From Setoptus koraiensis (Eukaryota > Animalia > Arthropoda), in NCBI GenBank assembly GCA_048013815.1, contig CM106586.1, forward strand, positions 11,284,001 to 11,348,000: DNA of 64,000 nucleotides, in the 5' to 3' direction. Made by a program: the position numbers and the translations under genes. The notes beneath the pieces are model-generated. The model was not told the DNA's origin and did no database searches. It saw only the letters and a list, made by a program, of their open reading frames with translations. Within the stretch, counting starts at the first letter, position 1. Each line of letters starts with the position of its first letter. Shown here in pieces: positions 38,662 to 52,500 of the stretch.

Positions 38662-41600
38662 TTATACGTTCTTGTTAGCGCTCTCCTCCATTGCTTCGAC
38701 CATTAGCTCTCTCTGACCAACTGTGTTGTACATTGACTGCCTGAATTCAGCTGGTTGATTGACATTGGCATTGGACGATGGCGAGCCAGTAGATCGTGTC
38801 GTATCTAGTGCGCTGTTGCAATTCTTAATTGTTTGATTACCGAATCTTTGCGGAACCATTAGTGAACTCAATGCTGAATTGGGAAAATTTCCTAGCATGT
38901 AAGCTAGCCACGGATGGTTTCTCTGCTGAGTTTGTAGAAATAGTTGCTGTTGATGATGAGCCATGTTGTTGTAGAAGCTTAATTGTAATTTGTTCATTGT
39001 TGCCAAAGAGGGATAAGGCGAAGTGTCCAGAGAAGCGGACCCCACCATGGGGTTTTGATCATTGGGAAATCCTAGAGAGTTCAGTGATATAGATTGATCG
39101 CCTCCAGTGAGATCCACTTGATTATGCGGAAGACGACTCGCCAAAGCAGAATGATTTAAGAAGGGCAAGGAACCAGAATTGGATTGATTTCGTTGTTGTT
39201 TTTGATGCTGATAGAGGTCAGCAGATGCAAACGGATTTTGTGGATTGATTGAGTTTGCCATAACAAAATTATCTGATATAGGACCGTGTTTAAAATTAAT
39301 GAATGCATTGGTCGAGTCATATTTTTCCGACAACTTCTTATAATCAGACTGAAAATTTTCAATTGATGTTGCACTTGATGAGAGGCCTGGATTGTTACTG
39401 CTACTACTACTGCTACAACTACTATTGTTGACTATCATCGGATTGGCGCAATCAGTAGCAATCCGATGATAGTCAGAATGATAGTCATCTAAGGCAGCTT
39501 TTATAATATCCTGATTATTCACCTGAGTCAAATTCATTATATGAGTTGCAAAGGCATTTATTACAAGCTTGGGGTCGGTGTTATTTAAATTTTGTGACGA
39601 ACGGTATTGATTGAACAGCATGTTCCAGACGTTAGTGGGTTGTTGGTTATCTGAGGACACTTTATCTGAATTGGACATCAATTGCATGTCGTCCGGCATT
39701 TGTGATGGGGCAGCTAACTTGCCACAATCTGTTGCTAAACGGGACGGACCCATGTTGTTTATGTTGACTGCAGCCGATGGCGGCAAAGACTTTAATTGAG
39801 ATTCGTGCTTTTCGTAGCCAATTGAATCTTTTTTCCCATCATCCAATCTTATTCTATTATGATGGAACGATGACGAATCCGACACTTCAATCATGGTTCT
39901 AGGAATTATACTCATGCCTAAGTGATTGTTGCTGTGAAGATTGATTTCGCCTAGTTTTGTTTTGTTATCATTCGAAGTAGTCGGCGGATAATTATGATAA
40001 TCGTGCTGGGCAATCTTGATACAATCCGTTGGATGGGGTCGTTGATAACTTATGTCTGAGTTATTTAAGATGTGTGTTTCTACTCCTTCCATGCGAGGAT
40101 ACCGTTGACCGTCGTTCTTACGATCATTATTCGTAGAGCTATCTTCATTGCTTTGATTGGTCTCTTGACGCTGGACACAATTTTCTTCCTCTAAATCATT
40201 CACATGACTCTTAACATCTTTTACTGAACCACAACCTTTTATCCAATGGTCTCCGGGAGATCTAGCTTGTGCCTGTGAGATTGGTTGATTGTAACTGCTA
40301 CCATTGATACTGCTGGAGCAGATTGAATACCTGTGATTATTATCTGAATATTCACCAAGACTAGCTATTCGATTCTCGTTTGTTGCGTAGCAACTCATTT
40401 CAAGGTCTATTCCTTTTCTCTTCATTCTGCTGTCGTCTGGCACCTCGCCGCCTCTACTGTTCCCACAAACATTATGAGATGAGTGATTTGCGGTTGATTC
40501 GATAGGTTGAGAACATAGCGAGGCTATTGTCAATGGATTGATTGAATTAAAAGATTGCTCCTGTACCTCTTCGTTGACATTTGTTGCGGTTTCATTGTTA
40601 GGTATTCGAGCATTCAAGAGAACCTTTGATCCATTGGCGTTGTCATTGTTAAATTGTTTTTGTTTGTGCTCATTAGTGAAACCATGATTATTGATTACTG
40701 CCTTATTGCTGAATGAATCCCCCACTTTGGCCTTGTTATTGCTATTGTTGATACTATTATGCATTCTTTGTTGTATTGCGCCTGTTTGTTGATAGTGGCG
40801 GCGTTGATTTTTTTTACCTGTTGTTACCAGTTGTTTTCTATCAATTGTTTGCTGTTTGATAGTGGTAGATATTGTCATAGATGATGTTGTTGTTGTCGAT
40901 GATGATATTGACGGTGAAACACTAACAACCTCAACGAATGAGTCATCAGATGAAGAACTGTCATCATCTTGTATCATATAGGAATGTTTGTCTTGGATAA
41001 ATTGATTATTATCGTTAGGAATCGATTGACGAGTTATAGGCTCGCTATAATTATGATTGTTACTGTTATGGTTATATGATATTGTCTTATTTGCATAATT
41101 GTTACCCAAGTTGTATTGCTGATGATGATGGTGACCCATCCTGAGATCTTGCTGAAGTTTTAGTGTTTCCACATGGGGAGCCGTTTGATGCACATTGTTG
41201 TTTCCGCTGCTTGCACTAATATTGTTGTTATTAAAACCGGATCGACTGGTTCTATCAAAGTGAATACGATTGACATCGTTGTCACTACTTGAACTAGTGT
41301 TATAATTATTGTTGTTGTTTCTATTGCTAACTCCCAGCGACCTTGTTTTTTCCTTTGTTGCATGTTTTATCTGATGCATCGCCGATGGTAGTAATTGGTG
41401 CTCAAGCAAATGATGGTGGTTGCTTGCTCCATTACTATTTACAACAATTAAATTATTAATTAATTTTGATGATGATCTCTGATGGATAACTAAAGGGTTC
41501 ATGCTGCTTGAAGGAAGTCCAGTGTCTATTGATGCGCCTCTGGCGCCATCTGGCGCTAGATTGGCTTTTTGGCCTGTATCAATCCTGTGTTTGGGCTTTC

Positions 41601-44600
41601 TCGGTCCGCGCTCGTGTTGAACAGCTTTTGTCACCATTGGCGCGCATTTTTTTTGAAAACCATAATCATTTTTATGCCAACCGCACAGTCATTATAGGAT
41701 ATAATAAATTATAGGAAGGTGGTTAATTGTAAAGAGCTTGATAATAAATAAATGATAATTGGAGATAATTTACTCAGACAGTCGCTAAATAGTTAAATAA
41801 TTATCAAAGATCGGATGAATCTCACATAAAATCCATTGAAAGAGAGTATCATCAGACAAAAGAGCCATGGACGAGTAGTAACCAATATTGGTGGTCAGTT
41901 TCACCATTCAAAGCCATTAAAAATCCCTCTTATTATATTTGGAAAGAGAACGAGCAAGCATACATGGGGGCTCATAATTGTACTTGTTATTATGGCAGCA
42001 TGCCGAGCCATAAGCAAGAGATTATAATCAATATAAAATAGGTAATGCAGGCAGTAATATTATCATCAACGAGATATATTAGATCCAACAATTCAATAAT
42101 CCAGATGAATACTAGTAAAAAGGAAAAGAGAGATGTATTGCTAACTATCAGTTGCTCGCTCAAAGTCCATTGCACCAGGCCTACCATCACGATCCTATCA
42201 AAATAGACACTAACCGTGATAGAAAGCAACTTAATCCGTCTTCTGTACGCGACATCGGTAGTTCTGGGACAAGTGTTTGACTTGGTGCAAGTATTCCCTT
42301 GCTTCTAATAATCGTGGCACGATACGATCGGTCTTATATAATCCATTACTGACCGAATAATGGATAATATTACCAGGCCCTACTAGTTTTCAACAACTCA
42401 GCAAACAATGACAAGTACCAGTAGAGCACACGATGACAAAATTAAGATGTATGCTATGCTGACAATAGTAAGATTATGCTATGTTCTCTTGGTCATGTGT
42501 GCCCTCATTGGTTAAGTAAAACTAACCAAATCAAAACAATAACATGACATCACGACAGAGCAAATCAGATAGAACTTATAAGGACAAGTTCCATGGATCA
42601 ATCCGTATTAATTCTTCAACAAACAAGACTCAACGTGGAATCGAATATTGACAAAGCGACTGTTCGTCTCTATTGTTATCCAAACCACAGCTTTGTTGGG
42701 GAATGGTTGGCCCTCATCACCAGTAACTTGCATTCATAGTCGATAGTATTAAGGAAGAATCGGTCCCTAAACGCAATTGAATTTATCTGAATCGCAAATC
42801 GATATGGTGATTTGGGTGCAACAATACTGCTGCTATGAACCGCAGTTATGGGCACACCATCAACAACAAAAAATGGAGAAACTTGCATACATAACTTGCG
42901 AGCCAATCTCTGTCAATGATGAATTCGTCATGTTATATAGAGAGCGTGTAGGTATGGATAATGTAGATATCATGTTTTATGAAGCTTTGGTCATGGTTGA
43001 TCATTTTCATTGCACGAATAGTATAATTAGCGCCATAAAGTGCCATGGGTGACGCCCATTAGTTATGCTTAATTTGGAAAAACTGATTATTTATAACAAC
43101 AGTATTATTATCTCTTCTGGTAATGGTGTGCGCTCTACAGTTATTTGTTGCTAATATACCACACGCTGATTAATGTGCTGGTGTGATGTGTATATAACTT
43201 ACAACAAGGCCGCATCTATTGTGTGGTTTATATAATATATAGTTGGAGGTTTGATAGATTACTTGTTCATGACATGAATTCAGCTTAACCAATTCAGCGG
43301 CGATCTAAAGAGTGCACACAAACCACCGGAGAAGCGTAACTAATGCGTAACTGATCATGAATATAGTCGGATTAACTCTGTAGTCGAGTTACATCACATC
43401 AATTTTCCTAAGGAAAACATAGGGTGATATTAGACATGCGGGATCAAGAAGTGAGGGACAAGAGGAGAGAGGCTAGCGTGATGAGGTTGGCCGCAAACTA
43501 CTATCGTGATGCATATGGTAACCGCTAGTGGTTATAACCGTTGATACAAAAAGGCAGAACAAGTGCACAGTTCAGCAAGTTGTGCACCCGATTAGGAGCT
43601 CATTGTGTTCTAATCGATCGCATTACATCATGGGTTGTCGTACTAAGCAAATAAAAGTGAAACAGCCACTTGAATTTCCATCATCGTCAGTAGGAAAAGC
43701 AGCCATGCACCACGATATGGGTGCTGACAAATGGATGAATGAGAGCAAGTGAGCCAAGTGGGCCAGTCAGACAATCAGACAACCAAACTGGCAGACGACC
43801 TTTGGTTAGTTTAAAGCAGAATTGTAAATGGTGGACCCAGACACAATAATGACTAGGTGTGCCACCATCCGAGTGAAGCTCTTGAAAGAGCAGAATCATT
43901 TGTGTCTCTCAATGGATTACTATTTAGGTGGTCACACAAACGCACCTACATAGAAACAAGCACACACATGATAGCTTTTTATTCATCTTGGACTCGCTTC
44001 CTAACCAAACGATGAGATTGGCATTAATGGAGAATGTTACAGATGTCAGTGAATGGTAACGCTGACAAGCATGCAAGAAGCGACGGGCGTTTGATGCCGA
44101 TTGGTCCAAATTGATTTGAGAGGAACCTCAAACAAGGATGAGCAACGGGATAGAGCCAGAGAAAAGGCACTTGATCGATCAGCCTCTGATAATGTATTAA
44201 TGATTTCGTATGTTGAATCAACTAACCACCACCACACTACCACAATGGATCGCATAATAATATTGGATAGATGCTCGAGGGAAAATCAGCATACGTTACT
44301 TTTCTCTCGCTAGGAATTGTAGCCGCTTCATCAGCTCAATAATCAGATGGTCGCGAGATAAATATCGCTTATCGGGCCACATAGTTAACAAATGAATTTA
44401 CGTGGTAATGATGATTTACAATAGCCTAGCAATGTTATATAACCAATTCGACTAATTCGGTTAAGGCTATTATACAATGGAGTTTACGATAGAGTGATGA
44501 CGCAAACACTCGCACACACCATTATTACAACACAAAGAGAGCATGGTGTCAACATATTATCATCATGATTAGTGGACCATACAAAGTGACGGCCCCCTTC

Positions 44601-46511
44601 CTCTCGCCGTCCATATCTCATATCGGCTCATCTTTCCTCACCTACTAACAGGACCAATGGCCAAACAACTATTGGCGCGTGTAGTTTAGCGTGCGGATGT
44701 ACCCGTTTTGGTTTAATTTAACCAACGCCGCCGCCGACTGCTGCTGCCGCAGTAGCGGCATGTTGCGGGCATGAATTATGTGAGCAGTGGCGTAATTACT
44801 GAGAAATAGGACGTTGGTTGGCGGTGGCTCAAGAATATAAACATGGATTGACCGCTCATTTCATTTTATCATTGTGTGTTTGTATCAAATTAGCTCTATC
44901 CATCTCGACCGCTGTAGTTGTTGTTGTGTAAGTGTTTCTATAAACAGCAACTACTATATAAAAGCGATTATAAGTGACCAGTGGGTAGGAGGATCAGCGA
45001 AGAGAGTTGGACAACATAAATCATATCACGTGCTTAAGTGTGTAGTACCTGGCGTGCGTGGTCACTCGGTCAGATGGTAACTGGTACACAGCGATCTATT
45101 GGTTGGCAATTGGTTTTGTCGGTCGGGCTGGCAACAACACTGAATGACTAGGGTAAATATACGATGAAGGTGGTCATGTTCATGACCGTAAAATCATGAT
45201 GATGATGATAATCAGATGAAGCGAACGCGAGCGCCAATAGAAATCATCAACTTTGCGCTAACTCTGTTAGCGCGAAGAAGAATTGAGAGAGAAGAGGCAA
45301 GAATTGCTCAATTGGTTGTTGGTGGGTTGGTTGTTAGATAAGAATTATTATTATGTGATCGCGGTGATCGTCAGAATTGAATTGAGTGGTGGCCTGCAGC
45401 TAGTTCGTGCTGTCACTCAACGTCCACAGACACACAATTCCATCAAATCTCCCTCTGTTCTCTAATCTAATCTACCATATTCGTGCTGCCCACAACCGGT
45501 CAGTGGGTTGGCTGCCCGGCCAGTCAACCAACAAACATCACTCGACTGACCAACCCTGACGTGAGATGTTTACCGGTCTAACGGTATCAGCGGCAGCAGC
45601 AGCACCATCATCACCATCACCAGCAACGCAACAACAACAATAACAACAGCAGCAGAACGGAGAAGATTTATTTAAAAATTCCAGCTCATCCTGCGTGGCT
45701 ACTCTACCGAACCGTCGGCCACCAGAGCCAAACAACAACAACAACACACACACACTCACACAGATTACTAAACTAATCTTGCACTACTCACCATCTCGGT
45801 TCATTCCGGCATTGAAACATTTCCTTAGGCGACAAGCCCGGCAGTGATTTCGATGAGTCCTGTCCACTGGACACTGTCCGTGCACTGATTGTTGTTGTTT
45901 GTGTTTTTCGTGTTTATAATAAGTGTGGCGCAACCGCCACACAAACGATAGAGGGAAAGTATAAATGTATTAATAGTATAAGTCCATTTGTTTTTGGATT
46001 GTAGGAGGATTATATCGTCGCAACACTGATTTGTCACTTGCTCATTTCAGCCACAAATATGACGCCCCTGGCCGTACTTGTACCCACACCCACGCACTAG
46101 CACGACACCATAAGTAACAGCAGATTATCTACTTAGGTGAGGTTATCACCACACATCTCATCATCATATAGGTCTGGCTCGCATATATTTAAATGTTCGC
46201 ATGACCACCAGTATAATAGATTATAATTTCGATACTTACTGCCACCTTGGGCTTTGCATAGGTAGCGCCTGTTCCTATGTATGCTTCTCTTGAAGAACCC
46301 TGAACAGCCTGGATATATCATATACATATATATGCAATGCAAAAATGGTCGATGATTAGCCGAAGCTGATGGAGAGTCTAATAGTGCTGGCTATTATATC
46401 AAAGAGGACACTTTGTTAGTACAAACTCACCGTCACAACTGTATATTCCGTAGTGCTTTCCCGAGCTTTTGTCGCCGCATACCAAACAGTCTACATCTAA
46501 AAGTCGATCTC
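38662..46511 (-). CDS. dsf: Nuclear receptor dissatisfaction-like (NR2E group); exons 46431-46511, 46240-46308, 45792-45884, 38662-41624; first exon(s) unresolved; no LBD visible
   Basis: Spliced [30 protein letters not shown]|[23 protein letters not shown]|[31 protein letters not shown]|[12 protein letters not shown]. All junctions are GT-AG and phase 1. GDRLLD, RSIHRNR and RGPRKPK match dsf rather than tll (RGPRNST) or PNR (NERQPR). Confidence 0.88.
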
Positions 46512-49500
46512 CTAACAGTTTAGCTGTTTTTAAGACGAGTTTTGTCGAGACGATCATTGATGATGATTGAGGGAGAGAGAGAGAGAGTTTCAATTTGTTT
46601 GGAGGCAGGCTCATTAGATCAACAGCGCGTGACTTTTTTGATTACACAAGATTGATGATGCGACACACAATCGATTTGCTATCGCTAACAACTTACGTTT
46701 TTCCATATTTTTTTACTTTTTGTAAGATTATCCAAGTATTTTCATTCTTGACAGTCAAATTGTTTTTCGCTACGATGGTTGGCTGTATTTCGCTACTGAT
46801 AACTAGACACACCATAAGAGTTTCAAAAGAGTTTGTGTGCAGCCGAATGTCGATCTCGTTTGTGAGTGTTGCTCGTTCAGCTTGATTACTGTTAACTTGA
46901 TTATAATTCGACAAAGTAATTTAATTCAATTTTCATTGCCACTGTGGAGGCTCGTCACTAATAGGTTGAATAATAATGAGATTACGACGAAATACTGAAC
47001 AAACTTGCTTATGGTGTTGGGGCTGTGTGACCTATAAAAGTAATCACTGTTGAAATGACTTGCCATATATTGAGTGCTGGTGGGTGAATAATGTAACTTC
47101 TTGACGAGCTGTTATTGGCGGCGAAAAAGTGGTAGCCAAAGTAGGACTAACATATTTATGTTTGTCTATAGCTTGATCTCATAATTGTTAGTAGCGTATC
47201 GGTCATTTGGAAATTGTGTAATGGTTACCTTGTTGTGGACATGCGCGCCCCACAAAACAAGTCGCGTTTGCGCACACAATAACGCGCGCAATATCGCCGC
47301 TGCTTTGTGACTGGCAAACAAAATGTAATTTGGCCCCATAGAAACAGCACAGATAGTATACATCGGACCTGTCATGCATGTGGCACGACAATCATAGAGG
47401 TGACACTTTTATCTGGTTACTTGACGCAAGTAATGCCAAGCACACGACGAAATAGCGTTTTTATCCGGATGCCAGTTGGAAGTGCAACCGTTGAACACAA
47501 ACTGGCAACTAGAGGCCGGCTCATCTCCTAACCTAACCGAGATGCCTAGCGGTACAACTAGTGATATGAGTATGGCTGGCGGTATGAGTATGGCTGGTGG
47601 CACGGGTATGGCGATAGCTTCTTAGCGCATCGACAGAGACGTAACAGCGGCCCAAACAGTCAAGTGTTGTTGATCAAGCTTGCGCTTGCTACAATTGTTG
47701 TGCCATGTTACAATGTTATGTCATCATGTCATGGCACGAATAATGCGATGAAATGTTGCTGTTGTTTTATGTAAATTGTGAGCGGCTCTCACTATTGCCG
47801 ACCCAACGTCACTCACGAGCATCGGCATAACGTATCAGCAAAGAAGGTTGAATGTCGTAACATCAGAGCATCTTAACACCGCGCTAGCGGCTACGCGATA
47901 CGCGCCCAATGGCGTGATGCTGAAACAGCAGCGATCGATGCATACTGTCAGTTATATGTTATAGGCAATGTAGTTAGATGATTGTTTACTTGTTGTCGCT
48001 GGCGAGGTTGTTGTTGTGGTTGTTGTTGTTGTTGGTGTTGTTGGTGTTGTTGTTGGTGTTGTTGTTGTTGTTGTTGCTGTTGTTGTTGTTGTTGTTGGCG
48101 AGGCTGCTGCTGGCGCGGTTGTTGTCGGTGGCAAGCTTACGTTGTATTGGCCATATAGTTGGACTTTTGGGTTGCGCTGCTGGCAACAAGCAAAGAGATG
48201 AAAGTTAGCTAGCTGATAAATAAAATGTGCTCGCGTGTGTGTCCGGCATCGGCAAACATTTGGCCAGTAAAAATTTGACCATATGGAGTGGGCAAGAAGA
48301 ATAAACAGCAAGAGCGAACGCTCCCGATTTAGTCGCCATTCACAACGGCACGCTAACGCCGTTACACATATAGGCCGACTTCGGTACATTCACCTATAAG
48401 ACTAGCGACTAACGACTAACACTGTCCCAAACTACTACTTACGTCATCATCACCAAACAATGACTGCACTAGGCCCAAATTTGGCCAACAACTGGCTAAC
48501 TGTCTAACAGCAAACAACGCGAGTTAACATGAGCTTCTACTGATAACTGTAACAAGTTAATGGTAGTAGTTGTTGTAATCGATTTTATCGCCTGGCCAAA
48601 CCCGGCCATTCGATCATCATCACAACAAGCTCCTCTCTCAGTCACTAATAATTCAACTGTTCCCGTCCGACGGTTAGTGTTGACCAGCAACTGTCTGTTC
48701 TGTTTGTTGTTCGCTCTTTGGTGTTTCCTCTCTCGCTCTCTCTCTCTCCCTCTCTCTCTAACTTACACCGTGAGTTGCACACCGAAACACAAACATGACT
48801 GCTGTACATAACGACTATTATATAACGGCCACTGTCGTATGAGAGACGCGTTAAGATCATTTCATTACCTGATTAATCTTGCGCCTTAACCTATAGTGGC
48901 AAGCTAGTTGAAGCATTGTTGTTGTCATAGGACGTAAGAGATGGTTAGGTAGAGAATAACTAGATATATTCCCAGTCTTATCGGCAGAGGAGCCACTTCC
49001 TGACATGACATTAACCGAGCCAGCATAAACGAGCCTCGCCTAGCTGTATGCACCAAGCCAGGCCTCATAGAACTCAACAGAACAGTTTGTATCGCCGTCA
49101 ACATGACAGTAATCATTATTCGGACACATCATCGAGGCTACACTTGTAAGACATGCAAATAGCGTGCCAGTGAAACAAGGCAAATAATCATATTATTAAT
49201 ACACAACATCACGAGAGCACTAAAAAGCTAGATGGACTGGTTACATACAGCAACAACAACAGCAACAAAGCGACCCTATATCGATACTGCGGTTGCTTCA
49301 GGCAATGAATCATCAAGGATTAAGGTGTACTGCAGCACAACTGAACAACATTACACAATGTAGGTGTAGAGTGCATTAAGAGACAATTGGGTTTTATTTA
49401 TATTTATCTTTCGGCAAAAACGAAACGGTAAATCGATCTTGAAACAAGTGAAACAGCCAACAAAATTTATGCACATACAACAACAAAAGACTAACTCATG

Positions 49501-49547
49501 AGAGAGGCCATGTTAATGTCTAGTATGGCTACTGGCCTTAGTAACTG

Positions 49548-52500
49548 TTATGTAACTCGTGAAGGTTTTGGAGGTAAAGAGGGTGGTGTTTGGTTGCTGT
49601 CAAATGGCTTATCGGCACCACCCAACGACGACTTATTCTTGCTATTTGTTTGCAAGGCCAAATCGGACCGCTGTTGCTGCTGCCGTTGTTTAACTATTGG
49701 CGAGCATGCCGGATAGCAATTATCACTATAACGTCTAGTGGCTAATGTGTCGCTACTACCCCTATTATTATAGGACACATCGAGAAGACTTTGTTGACGC
49801 TGCTGTTGTAGCGCTTCTTTGTTGTTGTTGTTTGTTGCTGACGACAAATTCTTTGATTGATTAATAGGCGTCGGTGGTGGTAGCTTATCGTTCCGTTGTT
49901 GCAACATTAAGTCTGCTCGAAACGGAATAGGTGGCATTCTGATTTCAGTATTACTTGCTACTAAGCAATGACTATTTGTGGTAGCAGCACTCTGGTTAGA
50001 GCACATAATACTATTATTTGGCACACTTTGAGCGAGCGTTGTTGGTGTTGTTGGAGTGGTAATCATACAGTTGCCATTAGTATTGTTACCAGTAGTTGTA
50101 TTTAAAGTGTCTATTGAGCCCGAACGTTCCCAAAGCTGATGTACGAACAGTTGATCATCATTTAATTCGTTGTCCGAGTCATTATAGGCACTATTGGGTG
50201 TTAAATTAACAAAATTGTTACCTAGTGAATTCATTGCGCAATTATCATCGTCTAAGACATCTCCATAGAATTGTGACAAGCTGGCCTGCTCACGATTCAA
50301 CTTGTTTTGCGAGTATCTAGGGGAACAAATGTTGGCCCTTCGTGACTTAAACTTGTCTTTTAAAAACTTGTGTATGGCTTCTTTCGATTTGGACCCAATC
50401 AAAGAACTCGAACTGAGGTTTAGAGTGCTTCCACATTCCATAGAATTAGTTGAAGTCTTTCGTTGATCATTCGGAATATCGTTCGTTTTCAAGCTAGGAG
50501 GTGAGCCTATATTTTCGGTTGCACGCATTTCTATAGATGAGGATCTGGGCTGGTGTAGACTAGCTTGGCTCGAATTATTTGATTTTTGTGTCAACGAAAG
50601 ACTTTTGAAGCCACTGATTTCGCTTTTCCTATCAAGCGAACTAGGAGTAGTGTCTCTGGAATTACTCTTGGTAAGTGGACAAAAAGAAGATTTCGCTTTA
50701 TTCGTACGTAACTTCAATGTGCTTGATCGTGATCTTCTGCTAGAGCAATTCGAATTAATAGTGGAGTAAATTCCATACTTCTCCAGTATATGAGCTTTCA
50801 ATTTTTGAAACGATTCTTCAAGGTGCTGGTGTAGGGGCCTCATTTCATCAACTACTCTCTGATTGTGGATGGCTAAACCTTTCTCTAAAAGAGGCACCTG
50901 GGCAGCTATTAAACATTTCAATTTCCTCTTGTGATCCAATTCTGTTGGATCAGCGAGATTGCTGTCACTAAAGAAAGCCTGCTCGTATCTAGATATACCA
51001 CCATTCACAGCAGCGTCGATCATACCGGCTAGCTGCTGCCCTAACGATCTAACGTCTCCTTTAACATTATTAGTGTGATCTTGAATCAAGCGTTCCAATC
51101 TGGTATTTGTTGTAACTATATCCTCTATCGCGTTCTCTATCGGGCTAACTATAATCGTCTCGACAGATGTGACAGGGAAAAAATAGGAGAGACCAGGTAA
51201 TTTATGCTGCGTTTGCAATATTATTTTCTCCCGCCACATATTGGCAAATTCGTCTTCACTTCTAGATAGAAGTTGTCTTCGATCCTCATCATTATCGATC
51301 AATGAAACAATCGGTGGTGGCTTCATTTTTCGCATATACATGAATTTGTTAACATCATTCGCTTTATAAAAATTAGTTATTCGTGTGTCCACTTGTTGTC
51401 CATTGAATCGATCAAACAATTGCATAACGGGCTGACATGAACTGATTTGAATGTGGCATTCATCAGACTCCACAATGTCAGGCCCAGGTGGTCCGATAAA
51501 TGGTACTACTTTACTATCATTGAAATGTACCATAATTCTGGTTTGAAAGTCGCCCAGATTCTCATAGGCGGCACCTCTAAACAACAGAGTTGAGTTTCTT
51601 AAGAACAAGGGGAATCCTTTTCCATAAAAAGAAATTCTGAAATAGCTGGGCTCTGGCCTCAGATGAGTCTCCACTATTTTCTCGTAGAAAATTGACATTT
51701 TCAGTAGGAGTTTACTCATTTTAGAGTATTCAAAAGTGTGATCTCCATACTGTTGACACAATTCTCTACACAGAGGTAGACCAGCCTCCCAAAGTTGACC
51801 TTGTTCGAATAAATCAAGTATAGTAAGATATAACAACTCTTTCAACTTCCTTTGGCTGACTGATGATGTAGATCCTATTTGTTGCGGCATCACTGCATGA
51901 CAAGCCGAAATGTGGTGGTTGTCGATAACTTCATCCAGCCAAGACAAAAGCCTTGCATGTCTCAAAAGTACGAAACCAGCTTCAATCAGGTTATTTGTCT
52001 TGACGTGAATATAGTACAATTTATACAGATAGTATACAAATAAGTCTTTGTGGTCTATAACATTTTCAAAGAAATCCAACAGTCTTAGGAGGCATGATAT
52101 TTGCAACAGAATATTATCTTTCACAAATCTAAGGTCTAACATAAGTTGAATGAGTCCGTTTATGGCACTTTCATATAGGTGAATCTGATAGGTGAATTGA
52201 GAATCATAAAAAATAGGCGCAGCCACTGTTGACGTAATGTTGCTAGAGTTTCCGCTCACAGAGAATGATATTCTGGAATCTGTGTCACCAAGTCCCATTT
52301 CGAGAAATTTGTGAAGATGAGTCACGGTTCCTTTCAAAAAATTCTGAAAAGAACCTTTGTTAGACGTGGAACTGTTAAAACTTTCTGCAAAACTTTTACC
52401 GTAAATCAAACTATTGATAGATCGGTTGCTTCGAAAGGATTCTGTTCTGATTCCAAGTTTAAAATTTCCTGATTCAGTGTTCCTAAGCAACGATTGATCT

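Noticed and set aside
11147-46511. A doublesex-dissatisfaction sex-determination cluster
   Set aside because: The DM domain matches dmrt99B/DMRTA, not dsx. Proximity in a compact genome is weak evidence.
47688-47719. DMRT/Dsx-like site GTTACAATGTTAT upstream of dsf
   Set aside because: A motif this short and degenerate is expected by chance in tens of kb; it needs conservation or ChIP data.
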